Notes under the pieces: generated by a model | What the model saw: the letters and a program-made list of their open reading frames with translations, nothing else | Told to the model about the DNA's origin: nothing | Database searches by the model: none | Translations under genes and position numbers: made by a program | Source of the DNA: a virus | Lineage: Duplodnaviria > Caudoviricetes | Strand: one strand, 5' to 3' | Length of the DNA: 64,000 nt | Virus record (IMG/VR): IMGVR_UViG_3300011006_000010 | Coordinates: 1 to 64,000 of that record | Shown here: piece by piece, positions 38,316 to 48,382 of the stretch | Layout: every line of letters begins with the position of its first letter | How positions within the stretch are numbered: the first letter of the stretch is position 1

Positions 38316-38657
38316 ATGAAGAAAAAAGAAAATAAGAAATCGCAAAAAGCCGTCAAGAAGCTAGAAGCAAGAATTGATGAGCTTATTGCTGAAAACACTC
38401 AATTGAAACTAGATATCGAGTTAAATGATATATCTGCCAAAAAGGCTCAAGAAATGATCAAACAGCTCAAAGCCAAAGAGAAGTTATTAGACGAATCCTT
38501 ATCTAATACTAAACGTGTCAAATCTGAATATGAGGAGCTTTTGGCAGAGAATAAAAATATCAATAGCGAGATTAAAGATATAAAAGCTCAGATACAACAA
38601 GCATCTGATGAGTTAAATCAGGTGTTGCAAGATAGTAAAAATTTATTTAAAACATAG
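38316..38657 (+). CDS. Coiled-coil hypothetical protein
   Basis: Heptad-rich, K/E/L-rich; ATG 38316 preferred over TTG 38298. Confidence 0.6.
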   Translation: MKKKENKKSQKAVKKLEARIDELIAENTQLKLDIELNDISAKKAQEMIKQLKAKEKLLDESLSNTKRVKSEYEELLAENKNINSEIKDIKAQIQQASDELNQVLQDSKNLFKT

Positions 38658-38671
38658 GGAGGTGAATCAAA

Positions 38672-39490
38672 TTGTACTATAACTTTAGTTTTAATGGTGT
38701 TGAGGGAGAAGATTATAATGTGCAGATCGGCTTTATTGATTCTGCGCCTTCTGACGAAGGGCTTGTTATTTCTCGTACATTGAATGATGTAAGACAAAAG
38801 AATACAAATTCTTTCTATATGACATCAAGTACAATTGATGAACCATTGGTTTTGCAGATTGATATCATTAGATATCAATGCAACGATGGGAGATATGAAT
38901 TTACCTATGAAGAAATGAGAAGTATTTTGGCTTGGCTTAGAAGCAAAGAAAACGGAGAATTAGTCATTCATCGTTCTTTGGGAAGTGATGCACATATCTT
39001 TGGTACGTTCTATGAAATTACAGAGAAGAATGCTGGAGCTATGCATCTTGGATATACAATGAGCTTTAGAGCTACTTCTCCATATGTATTTGGAGATGAG
39101 CAGATTGAAACATTCGAGAATCGAAGATTGTTTACGCTTCATATTCCTCGTGATTATTATGCAGACAGAGATTATCTCTGTCCTATTATTATAGTCACCC
39201 CAAAAACAAGCGGAGATCTAAGGATCTCTTGCACAGATTGGGATGAAGATTTGGAATTAGAAGAATCAATTGCCGATGAAAATATTACTTTGAATAGCAA
39301 GTATGAATTATTTTCTAGTGATAATAGCACTAGCAACGAAACTCTTTATAAGCGTTTCAATTATGTCTTCCCTCTTCTTTACACAGACCGTACGGTCACA
39401 AGTACAACAATTTCTCTTACAACAAATATCAATTGTGATATGACAGTAAAATATATTCCTCTCATGTTGCCTGTAGGAATTTTTAATTAG
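38672..39490 (+). CDS. Distal tail protein (Dit)-like
   Basis: FSFNG N-terminus and F.ATSPY motif; position between TMP and Tal. Confidence 0.7.
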   Translation: MYYNFSFNGVEGEDYNVQIGFIDSAPSDEGLVISRTLNDVRQKNTNSFYMTSSTIDEPLVLQIDIIRYQCNDGRYEFTYEEMRSILAWLRSKENGELVIHRSLGSDAHIFGTFYEITEKNAGAMHLGYTMSFRATSPYVFGDEQIETFENRRLFTLHIPRDYYADRDYLCPIIIVTPKTSGDLRISCTDWDEDLELEESIADENITLNSKYELFSSDNSTSNETLYKRFNYVFPLLYTDRTVTSTTISLTTNINCDMTVKYIPLMLPVGIFN

Positions 39491-39502
39491 TGAGGTGTGA
39501 TA

Positions 39503-42500
39503 ATGGCAAATCTATTAGTTAACAAGAATGGTAATGTCAGTGCACCAACTATTATCATGTCCAATAAGTCATTGGAAAAGTTGGGAACTATTTCTTATGA
39601 CCATACTTCTTTTGAATATACAAAAAATATTGGGTATAGTGAAGCAAGTTTTGTCGTATACAAAAAGTGGATTGACGATATGGGTAACGAGATTGAATGT
39701 CAGTTTTGGGATGCTCTAACTGATCTTTCTGTTATTTTTATAAAGGATTACAATGAATATTTTGAAGCTGAAATCAGCTTGACTGAATCAGAACATATAA
39801 ATAAAACGGTGACTTTAACTAGCCTGCACGTAGCAGAATTGAGTCAAATTAATGCGTACGTAGAAGTTAACACAGAAGAAGACATTGATCGAGATGACTA
39901 CCTCTACCCTACTGTTTTTTACAATCCAGAGGACGCTAGTGTGTCTTTGCTCAACAGGCTGCTAGATGAGAGAGCACCGCATTATACAATCGGTTCTGTC
40001 CCTACGACATTGAGAAATATTCAAAGAACATTCTCTTGGAGTGGTACTTCAATTTGGGATGCCATGAATGAAATCGAAACAGAGATTGGATGTAAATTCT
40101 TAATTGAAGGCAGGACGATCAATGTTGTTGACATGATGACTACATGCAATGAGTGTGGTTATCGTGGTGACTTTTTGGGCGAATGTCCAAAGTGCGGAAG
40201 TGCGAATGTAACTATGCCTTATGGCAAGTTTACAAATATCTTTGTCTCTAGAGAAAATCTTAGTGAGGACATTACTCTTACTACCGAAGATTCTGAAATG
40301 AAGAATTGCTTCAGACTTGAGGCTGGAGACGAAGATATGACTTCAACCGTAATCAACCTAAATCCATCAGGATCGAGATATATTTATTATTTTAGTGACA
40401 AAATGAAAAGCATGATCTCTGATGATTTAAGAAATGCGTTAGATAGCTATGAATCCGATTATGAAAGTTATCGTACAAGATCATATTCACTTGATGCTAC
40501 GCATTCGTCAGCATACGACAATCTTGTCACAAAATACAATGATGGCGAATATTCAGCGTATGTGTATAATGATGAGAATGAGCGAGTTTTACAGGTTAAC
40601 ACATATAAAACTACCGACACTTTAACTTCTCATGAAAACTTGATTGCCTTCTATTATGATGCTTCAGATTTCTATGGATATCTCGAATCAACTTTGATGC
40701 CATCAGTAGAACGGGATATTGATACGGCTGCTGGACAGCTGGCTAGAATCGTATCTTATGTCGGTGATGTTGCGATCAGCAATTATGACGCAACTAGAAC
40801 TAGTAATGAAACTGTTGCCAGTTCTGTTAAGATGATATGTTCAGCAGTATTAACAGGAGCATTTAAAGTAAGTGTTACTTGTACGAAGACTCTAGTTGAT
40901 GATGTTTATGATGCCGAAGTAACTGTCACAAGTTATAGAGATGATGAAGATGTTGCTACAGATACAATTCAGGTAACTGTGTCAAATGACTATCAACAGT
41001 CTTTTGTTCAGAAGCTGCAGAAAATAATGAGAGACATCTTAGATGATTCTAGTATTTATAATATCATTGACTATGATGAAGATGATCTTGAGTCTTTTGC
41101 AGATTATCTGAAACATTATAATTATAATGACTTAGACTCTTTTGAAAATGCTTATAGCGAAGCATTGTCTCTTATCGAACAAGAGGAAAACGATAATCTT
41201 TCTGAGATTGAGGCGAATTATCGTCAGAAATATAATTTAATTGCTGCTGAAAAGTCTTTAAGAGAAAGCGAAGTTGAAATCGTTGAGAACATTCTTGATG
41301 ATGTCGAGGAATTAATTAATGGTATTAGAACGGCTCTTGATATGAATACGAATTATCTTACAACAAAAGCACTGCAGGATGAATTCAATTCATATAGAAG
41401 AGAAGATGTTTATGAGAATGATAACTTTTCATCAGAAGGCTTAAGTGATGCAGAGCTTATTGCTAGGGCTGTTGAATTTTACAATCTTGCTCTTGAAGAA
41501 GTTGAAAATGCCACAAGGACTGTTTATAACATTTCTGCTACTTTGCATAATTTGTTGTTAATGCCAGAATTTGAGTCGTTGTGGGAAGATTTCGATGTGT
41601 GCAACTGGATTGCATTCAGGGTCGATGATAAAATCTTTAGACTTAGAATTCTTAATTACAATATTCAGTTTGATGAGAATTCCATTTCTGAAATTGACGT
41701 AGAATTCACAACTGCTACTGAAGGAAAAACTGCGAGTCTATTTGGTTACACACAGCAGATTCTTGATAGTGCGAAAAGCATGGCAACTAGCTTCCCTTAC
41801 ATTAAGTATCAAACGAAGATCAACAAAGTAAGCGTAGAAGATATAAATGCTTTAACCGCCCTTCTTAATGCTCAATTAACAGCAAAGAACAGTGATATTT
41901 CGGCTCTTACTTCTAGCAATATCGCCTTGAGCGGCGAGATCAACGCTTTGCAAGTTGAAAACCTGGATGTTACTGGAAGATTAACTGCTGCTGAAGCCGA
42001 CATCGATACTTTAGAAGCAGACAATGTAACTATCAATGAATCTTTAACTGCTCAAAATGCTTCTATTTCAAATCTTCAGGCTAATAAAGCGGATATTACA
42101 GATTTGACTGCTGCGACTGCTCGTATTGGGAGCCTTGAAACAAATTATGTAACCGTAACAGGTAGACTAGAAGCTGTAGAAGCTGATATTGGCGATTTGA
42201 CAGCAGACAATGTAACTATCAATGGCACTCTAACGGCACATCAAGGCGTCATTGACAACTTGGATACAAATTACGCACACATAACTAATGGCGTCATTGA
42301 CAATGCAACTATAGGTTATGCAGACGTTGATGGGTTAGATGCTAACTATGCACATATCACAAACGGTGTTATTGATACTGCGACCATTGATCAAGCTAAT
42401 GTCAATAATTTAAGTACTAACTACGCTCAGATCAATTTGGCGAATGTTAACAACGCCTGGATTGACAATGGTGTCATTAAGGACGCAGCTATTTCAGATG

Positions 42501-45500
42501 CGCAGATTATTGGCGTGTCTGCAAATAAATTAACTGCTGGCACTATAGATGCTTCAAACATTACAGTAACAAACCTTAACGCAAGCAATATTACAACTGG
42601 TAGTCTAACAGTTGATGGTATTACAATTGATGTTGAAAATAACGAAGCAAGCATTGATGGTGCTTACATTGAAGACGGTACAATCACATTAAATGGTTTG
42701 TCTCAGGATGTAAGAGATACTATTGATGGAGCAATTGAAACGTTTACAGGAACTGTAGTACCAACGCTTAATAACTCTCCCGCTTCTTCTTGGGAAACAG
42801 ATGCAGATAAGAGTAAGCATGTGGGCGATGTATACTATGTCGTTAATTCAGGAAATGCCGCTGATGGATATTGTTATAGATTTGCTTATGATAATACAAC
42901 TTCATCTTACGGTTGGATTCTTATCAAAGATAGTGATGTTACTGCAGCTCTTCAAAGACTTTTAGATGCTGAAGGAGACATCAGTAATCTTCAGACATTT
43001 GAATCTGAAACGTCTTCATGGATGAGCGATACTGACGATGCGTTGACAGCCATAAGAACTAATCATACGACTTTAGAAGGAGTTGTTAACAGAACTCTTG
43101 TTTCTACAACTCAATTGTGGTTTACAAAGGCTGATACAACTGCTCCTGATCAACCGACATCGCATGTGTCGTCTGACTCTACTAATGGCAATGCATGGAC
43201 GACTGCTGTGCCATCTTATAATTCCAGCTATCCAAATTACTTCTATTGCTATGAATGGGAATATGCAGATGGAACATATGGATGGTCTAGCGTTGTAAGA
43301 GACATTGGTATGGGAGAAACCCAAAGCACTGCAAGAACTGCGAGTTCAACTGCTTCAACTGCGTTGAGTAACGCAGCAACTGCGCAAAGTACTGCAGATG
43401 CAAATATCCAATCTAGTGTGCAATTATGGTTTACAAAGAATGATACTACTGCTCCAAATAAGCCATCAAGCCATGTGATAACCAATGATGCAACTGTATA
43501 TAATGCTTGGAATATTGCAGTTCCAACTTATAATTCCTCATATCCAAATTATTATTATTGCTATGAGTATTTAAAAGGCGATGGAACATATTCGTGGTCT
43601 GATGTTATTTATGACAGAGCCACCACGGAGAATCAGGCTAATGCTAGAAGCGCATTGACACAGGTTTCTACTAAAGTTGAGACTTCAACTTTCAATGAAT
43701 TGAGTCAGACCGTAGATGAAAATAGTGCTTCTATTACTTCATTGTCAACGGTAATTACAAATAATGGATTAACTGAATCTACAAATATTTCTAATACTGT
43801 TAATAGTGTGAGTCAGACTGCAAGTGGTAATTCAAGTAAGATTTCTAATCTTACGACTCTTCTTGGTACAAATGCCGATGGAACAACTGCGTCAAATGAT
43901 ATTGTTCATCAAGTGAGTGAAATTGATCAGGATTTAGATAGCATTACGACAAGAGTCGGCAAGACTGAAGTCCAGCTTAAGAGTCAATACGCCACATCCT
44001 CAACTGCAGCAGGAACTGCAGCTAAAGTAGCAACTATTACTCCTGCCATTAGCGGATATGAATTAGTTGCTGGAGAGACGATCACAGTTAAATTTATTAA
44101 TGAAAATACAACTGCCTCGCCAACTTTAAATGTGAATGGAACAGGTGCAAAAGCTATTAAAACTTATGCCAATGGAAATCTTTCAGAGGCGGAATATAAG
44201 TGGAAGGCTGGTTCGACGTTTACATTTACATACAATGGTACAAATTGGCTGATGCAGGATTCTAGCATTGCAATGCGCATTACATCTGCCGAATCATCAA
44301 TAACTCAAAATGCTAACAACATTGAATTGAAGGTTAGCGAATCTGATGTGACAGGTAATTACTTAATCGGTAAGATCAACTTAGACGCTACAACCGCTAC
44401 TATTGCTGCTGAGAGAGTTGACATTGCAGGAGCTGCAATTTTTAACAGTTATTCAACAACGGCAGAAATGGAGCAAGCTATCGAAGAAGCTGTTCCTACT
44501 ACTGTTGCAGAGTTAACAGACTCAGGCAATTACGCATTGACTAGTGAAATACCAACTAATGTTTCTGAATTAACAAATGATAGTGGTTATACAACGGCTA
44601 CTGCCGTAGCCAATACATATGGTTCTTCTATTAAAACCGAGACTGTTTTATATTATGCTTCTAATAGTACAACTGCTCCAAGTAAACCTACCGCTCATGT
44701 GACTGTTTCGAGTGCAAGTCAATATGGTAAATGGAATATTACGTTGCCAACTTATAGTGCAACCTATCCGTACCTATATACTTGTACAGAATTATTAACT
44801 GTGGCTGGCAATTATTCTTGGACTGGTGTTGAGCAGTCTAATTATACAGCTGCTATTTCTGCTATTAAAACAACTGCGGATGCTGCTGCTCCTAAAACAA
44901 GTGCAGTTTCTCAGGAACAGCGTGTATATTACAAATCAACAAGTACTACCGCTCCTTCTGCTCCTACATCGTCTTGGATATCAGAGACAGGTACGGTAAA
45001 TGAGGCATGGACAACAAAGAGAATGTCATACGATTCCAGTTATCCATATCTATATACGTGTATTCAGAAGCAGACTGTAAGTGGAACAGTTGCTTGTACG
45101 ACAGTCCTGCTTGACGATACAACTACTGTTATTGACGGTGGCAAGATAATTACTGGTTCTGTAACAGCTAATCAGTTGGCGGCTAACAGTATTACTACTG
45201 CAAAACTTGCAACAGATGCGATTAAATCAACTAATTACGCAGCTTCGGGTAATGCCGACTCTCCTTATAGTGCAACAGGAACTTTCCTTGATTTAACTAA
45301 TGGTAATATCTATACTCCGAATTTTGGATTGAACAATACAAGCGGAATGGCTTATTTCAATGGTCAGATAACCGCTTCTTCGGGACAGATCGGCACAGAT
45401 ACAGTTAACTATTGGGAGATTGGCACAAAGACAGATTATAACGGGTCTGACTCTGCGGCTTTAGTTGGACATGGCACTTCTTATATTCAAAGTGGAGATT

Positions 45501-48370
45501 GGATGATTTCTTCTGATCGTATTGACACAAGAAGTTATGACTCAAGTAGAAAATATACGTACTTAAGGGATTCGTCTAACTATTATCGCGATTTTGGATT
45601 ACATGTGCCTAGCCTTACATCTTCTAATATTTATGACAATAATTTTGTTTATGTTAGAAAGAGTTCTGGAACTACCGTCCCTACTCTTGAATCGAATTGG
45701 GAATATCTTTTCCGCATTGACAGAGATGGTGTTATTTATGCAAGTAATCTGTATATTAACAATACAAGTATTGCAGATATGATCACAGATGGCGTAGACG
45801 GCGGTGCGTACCTTCCAATTTCTGGAGGAACTATTTCAGGCAATCTTACTGTGACAGGTACAATTTCAGGATTGAAAACCTTATCTGTTAATGGCAAAAG
45901 TTATAACGGCACATCTGCAGTAAATGTCGGTGTTATTGGTGCATCATATGGTGGTACAGGGCAAACTTCCTTGAATGCTTCAGCGAATGCTTTACTTGGA
46001 GCGTTGGATAATTCAACTGCTCAATCTACTGATTTTACTGACAACACAAGTATTATCACTACAGATATTAATGGTAGTACGGGTACATATTATCATCGTA
46101 AGAGTAGTTTGTTGTGGAATTACATTAAATCGAAAATAAGCTCTGATCATTCTACGCTAGATGCTTTATTTGTTCCTAAGACTGGCGGAGAATTTACCGG
46201 GGCTATAATTATCTCAGACAATTTAAATGCTGACAGCATACAAACTGGTGATTTCATAGCTACTGGTGCTGGCAGATTTACAAATGGACTCTATGGCGAT
46301 CTTGTCGGCGATGTAACGGGCAACCTTACTGGCACCGCAAGCAATTCAGAAAAAGTTAATGGACATACGGTAAACACTGATGTTCCAAGTGGTGCTGTGT
46401 TTACAGATACTACTTATACGTTTGCGAACGGAACTAATGGATTTACTGTAACACCTGCTGGTGGAACCGCACAAACAGTTACTGTCACACCTTCTATAGC
46501 CAATGCAAGTACAAGTGGAGCAGGGTTAATGACTAGCGCTATGGTTACTAAGTTAAATGGTATTACAGATAGTGCTGATAGTGTATCTTTTACAAGGAAC
46601 TTAACAAGCGGTACAAAAGTTGGATCTATAACAATTAATGGAACATCGACAGATTTATACGCTCCAACTAACACAAATACTACCTATACACTTACACAGG
46701 ATAGTTCTGATGGTCATAAAATAACCTTTACTCCGTCTTCTGGAACTGCCACTACTATAACCATTCCAGACAACAATACTACCTATACATTTGCAAATGG
46801 GACAAACGGATTTACTGTAACTCCTAGCGGCGGGACTGCGCAAACAGTTACTGTAACCCCTTCTATCGCTAATGCTTCAGGCAGTTCAGCAGGTCTGATG
46901 AGCGCAGATGATAAGACGACATTAGATAATATCGCAGCTAACTTTTCTGGTGGAACTATTACCGTATCAAATGTAACTGCAAGCAATGGCTTGACATATG
47001 CTTATAATTCTACAACTGGTATTACGGCGATCACTGGCACATATCCAATTCCTACAAGCACAGGCACTTCAGATCAGGTATTAATTGCAAATTCTAGTGG
47101 CGTTGGTGTTTGGAATAGCCAGAGTTCATTAAAAATCAGAAGATTAGATAATAAATATACATCTCGTCCTTCTAGCGCTAATTTTGCTAGTAGTGAAACA
47201 GGCAATTCGAGTTTAGAATATTTTCTATCAACAAGCACTATGACAACAGGGAAACCAATGGGCGACGGTCATATTATTCACATGAATTGGGATAATACTG
47301 ACGGATGGGCTAGCCAATTGTGTGTCCCTGGTTCGAGATCAAATAGCTCACAATGGAGGGCACAAAATGGTGGTACTTGGACAGATTGGTTCACTTTCTT
47401 AGATTCTAAAAACTATAACTCTTACTCTCCAACTCTTACTGGCACGGGAGCAAGTGGAACTTGGGGCATCTCAGTATCTGGCAATGCTGGGACTGCAACT
47501 AAACTTGCTAGTTCTGTAACTATAAACGGAACCTCTTTTGATGGCTCTAGCAACATCACAACAGCTAAGTGGGGAACAGCAAGAAATATAACAATTAAAG
47601 ATAGTGATAGTACAAATTCTGGTACTGCTGTAAGTGTTGATGGCAGTGACGCAATAACTTTGTTGTTGCCAAATACAATCAAAGCATCTTTGACAGGCAA
47701 TGCTACTACGGCTACAACCGCAACAAAACTCGGTACAACTACTGTAGGAAGCACAAGTACTCCAATTTATTTGAATGCTGGCGTGCCTACTGCTATTTCT
47801 GCTGCCATTCCTGCATCTTTGGGTGGTACTGGTCAGACAACATTAAATGCTTCTGCAAATGCTCTAATCAATTCACTGTCAACAGAAGCTTCTACGCCAA
47901 CTGACAACGATTACTACGTCTGTCAATATGCTGGTGGTGGAACTACTACAACCACGTATTACCGCAGACCAGTGTCTGCTTTATATACTTATATTAAAGG
48001 AAAAGCAGATTCTGAATATGTTAATTTGACAGGGGCGCAGACTATTTCTGGCGCAAAAACATTTTCTGCTACCACAATACATTCTGGAGCTGTTAATTTT
48101 GCTAATAATACTCTTAATACCGTTGGTGACGATGCATATTTTGGCGATCAGAATATCTCAGGACATATTGCAATCAAGGGTAAGAATGGTGCAACAGGTA
48201 TCCGCTTTATTCCTTACTCTGGATCAACGACAAATGATATCAGCATAGATGGTTCTGGAAATATGACTATTACAAACAATCTCATTCAGACTGGCACCGT
48301 AACTATAGGCTCACATGCCACTCTAGCATATAATTCAACTCTTGATGCAGTTGTATTTAGCTTTGTTTAA
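39503..48370 (+). CDS. Tail tip (Tal/hub)-fibre fusion protein, ~2955 aa
   Basis: N-terminal hub-like region, coiled coil, beta-repeat stretches (SANKLTAGTIDA), four repeated ~65-aa W/Y-rich modules, T/S/G-rich fibre C-terminus; ATG 39503 follows SD GAGGTG. Confidence 0.75.
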   Translation: MANLLVNKNGNVSAPTIIMSNKSLEKLGTISYDHTSFEYTKNIGYSEASFVVYKKWIDDMGNEIECQFWDALTDLSVIFIKDYNEYFEAEISLTESEHINKTVTLTSLHVAELSQINAYVEVNTEEDIDRDDYLYPTVFYNPEDASVSLLNRLLDERAPHYTIGSVPTTLRNIQRTFSWSGTSIWDAMNEIETEIGCKFLIEGRTINVVDMMTTCNECGYRGDFLGECPKCGSANVTMPYGKFTNIFVSRENLSEDITLTTEDSEMKNCFRLEAGDEDMTSTVINLNPSGSRYIYYFSDKMKSMISDDLRNALDSYESDYESYRTRSYSLDATHSSAYDNLVTKYNDGEYSAYVYNDENERVLQVNTYKTTDTLTSHENLIAFYYDASDFYGYLESTLMPSVERDIDTAAGQLARIVSYVGDVAISNYDATRTSNETVASSVKMICSAVLTGAFKVSVTCTKTLVDDVYDAEVTVTSYRDDEDVATDTIQVTVSNDYQQSFVQKLQKIMRDILDDSSIYNIIDYDEDDLESFADYLKHYNYNDLDSFENAYSEALSLIEQEENDNLSEIEANYRQKYNLIAAEKSLRESEVEIVENILDDVEELINGIRTALDMNTNYLTTKALQDEFNSYRREDVYENDNFSSEGLSDAELIARAVEFYNLALEEVENATRTVYNISATLHNLLLMPEFESLWEDFDVCNWIAFRVDDKIFRLRILNYNIQFDENSISEIDVEFTTATEGKTASLFGYTQQILDSAKSMATSFPYIKYQTKINKVSVEDINALTALLNAQLTAKNSDISALTSSNIALSGEINALQVENLDVTGRLTAAEADIDTLEADNVTINESLTAQNASISNLQANKADITDLTAATARIGSLETNYVTVTGRLEAVEADIGDLTADNVTINGTLTAHQGVIDNLDTNYAHITNGVIDNATIGYADVDGLDANYAHITNGVIDTATIDQANVNNLSTNYAQINLANVNNAWIDNGVIKDAAISDAQIIGVSANKLTAGTIDASNITVTNLNASNITTGSLTVDGITIDVENNEASIDGAYIEDGTITLNGLSQDVRDTIDGAIETFTGTVVPTLNNSPASSWETDADKSKHVGDVYYVVNSGNAADGYCYRFAYDNTTSSYGWILIKDSDVTAALQRLLDAEGDISNLQTFESETSSWMSDTDDALTAIRTNHTTLEGVVNRTLVSTTQLWFTKADTTAPDQPTSHVSSDSTNGNAWTTAVPSYNSSYPNYFYCYEWEYADGTYGWSSVVRDIGMGETQSTARTASSTASTALSNAATAQSTADANIQSSVQLWFTKNDTTAPNKPSSHVITNDATVYNAWNIAVPTYNSSYPNYYYCYEYLKGDGTYSWSDVIYDRATTENQANARSALTQVSTKVETSTFNELSQTVDENSASITSLSTVITNNGLTESTNISNTVNSVSQTASGNSSKISNLTTLLGTNADGTTASNDIVHQVSEIDQDLDSITTRVGKTEVQLKSQYATSSTAAGTAAKVATITPAISGYELVAGETITVKFINENTTASPTLNVNGTGAKAIKTYANGNLSEAEYKWKAGSTFTFTYNGTNWLMQDSSIAMRITSAESSITQNANNIELKVSESDVTGNYLIGKINLDATTATIAAERVDIAGAAIFNSYSTTAEMEQAIEEAVPTTVAELTDSGNYALTSEIPTNVSELTNDSGYTTATAVANTYGSSIKTETVLYYASNSTTAPSKPTAHVTVSSASQYGKWNITLPTYSATYPYLYTCTELLTVAGNYSWTGVEQSNYTAAISAIKTTADAAAPKTSAVSQEQRVYYKSTSTTAPSAPTSSWISETGTVNEAWTTKRMSYDSSYPYLYTCIQKQTVSGTVACTTVLLDDTTTVIDGGKIITGSVTANQLAANSITTAKLATDAIKSTNYAASGNADSPYSATGTFLDLTNGNIYTPNFGLNNTSGMAYFNGQITASSGQIGTDTVNYWEIGTKTDYNGSDSAALVGHGTSYIQSGDWMISSDRIDTRSYDSSRKYTYLRDSSNYYRDFGLHVPSLTSSNIYDNNFVYVRKSSGTTVPTLESNWEYLFRIDRDGVIYASNLYINNTSIADMITDGVDGGAYLPISGGTISGNLTVTGTISGLKTLSVNGKSYNGTSAVNVGVIGASYGGTGQTSLNASANALLGALDNSTAQSTDFTDNTSIITTDINGSTGTYYHRKSSLLWNYIKSKISSDHSTLDALFVPKTGGEFTGAIIISDNLNADSIQTGDFIATGAGRFTNGLYGDLVGDVTGNLTGTASNSEKVNGHTVNTDVPSGAVFTDTTYTFANGTNGFTVTPAGGTAQTVTVTPSIANASTSGAGLMTSAMVTKLNGITDSADSVSFTRNLTSGTKVGSITINGTSTDLYAPTNTNTTYTLTQDSSDGHKITFTPSSGTATTITIPDNNTTYTFANGTNGFTVTPSGGTAQTVTVTPSIANASGSSAGLMSADDKTTLDNIAANFSGGTITVSNVTASNGLTYAYNSTTGITAITGTYPIPTSTGTSDQVLIANSSGVGVWNSQSSLKIRRLDNKYTSRPSSANFASSETGNSSLEYFLSTSTMTTGKPMGDGHIIHMNWDNTDGWASQLCVPGSRSNSSQWRAQNGGTWTDWFTFLDSKNYNSYSPTLTGTGASGTWGISVSGNAGTATKLASSVTINGTSFDGSSNITTAKWGTARNITIKDSDSTNSGTAVSVDGSDAITLLLPNTIKASLTGNATTATTATKLGTTTVGSTSTPIYLNAGVPTAISAAIPASLGGTGQTTLNASANALINSLSTEASTPTDNDYYVCQYAGGGTTTTTYYRRPVSALYTYIKGKADSEYVNLTGAQTISGAKTFSATTIHSGAVNFANNTLNTVGDDAYFGDQNISGHIAIKGKNGATGIRFIPYSGSTTNDISIDGSGNMTITNNLIQTGTVTIGSHATLAYNSTLDAVVFSFV

Positions 48371-48382
48371 GGTGGTGATTTT

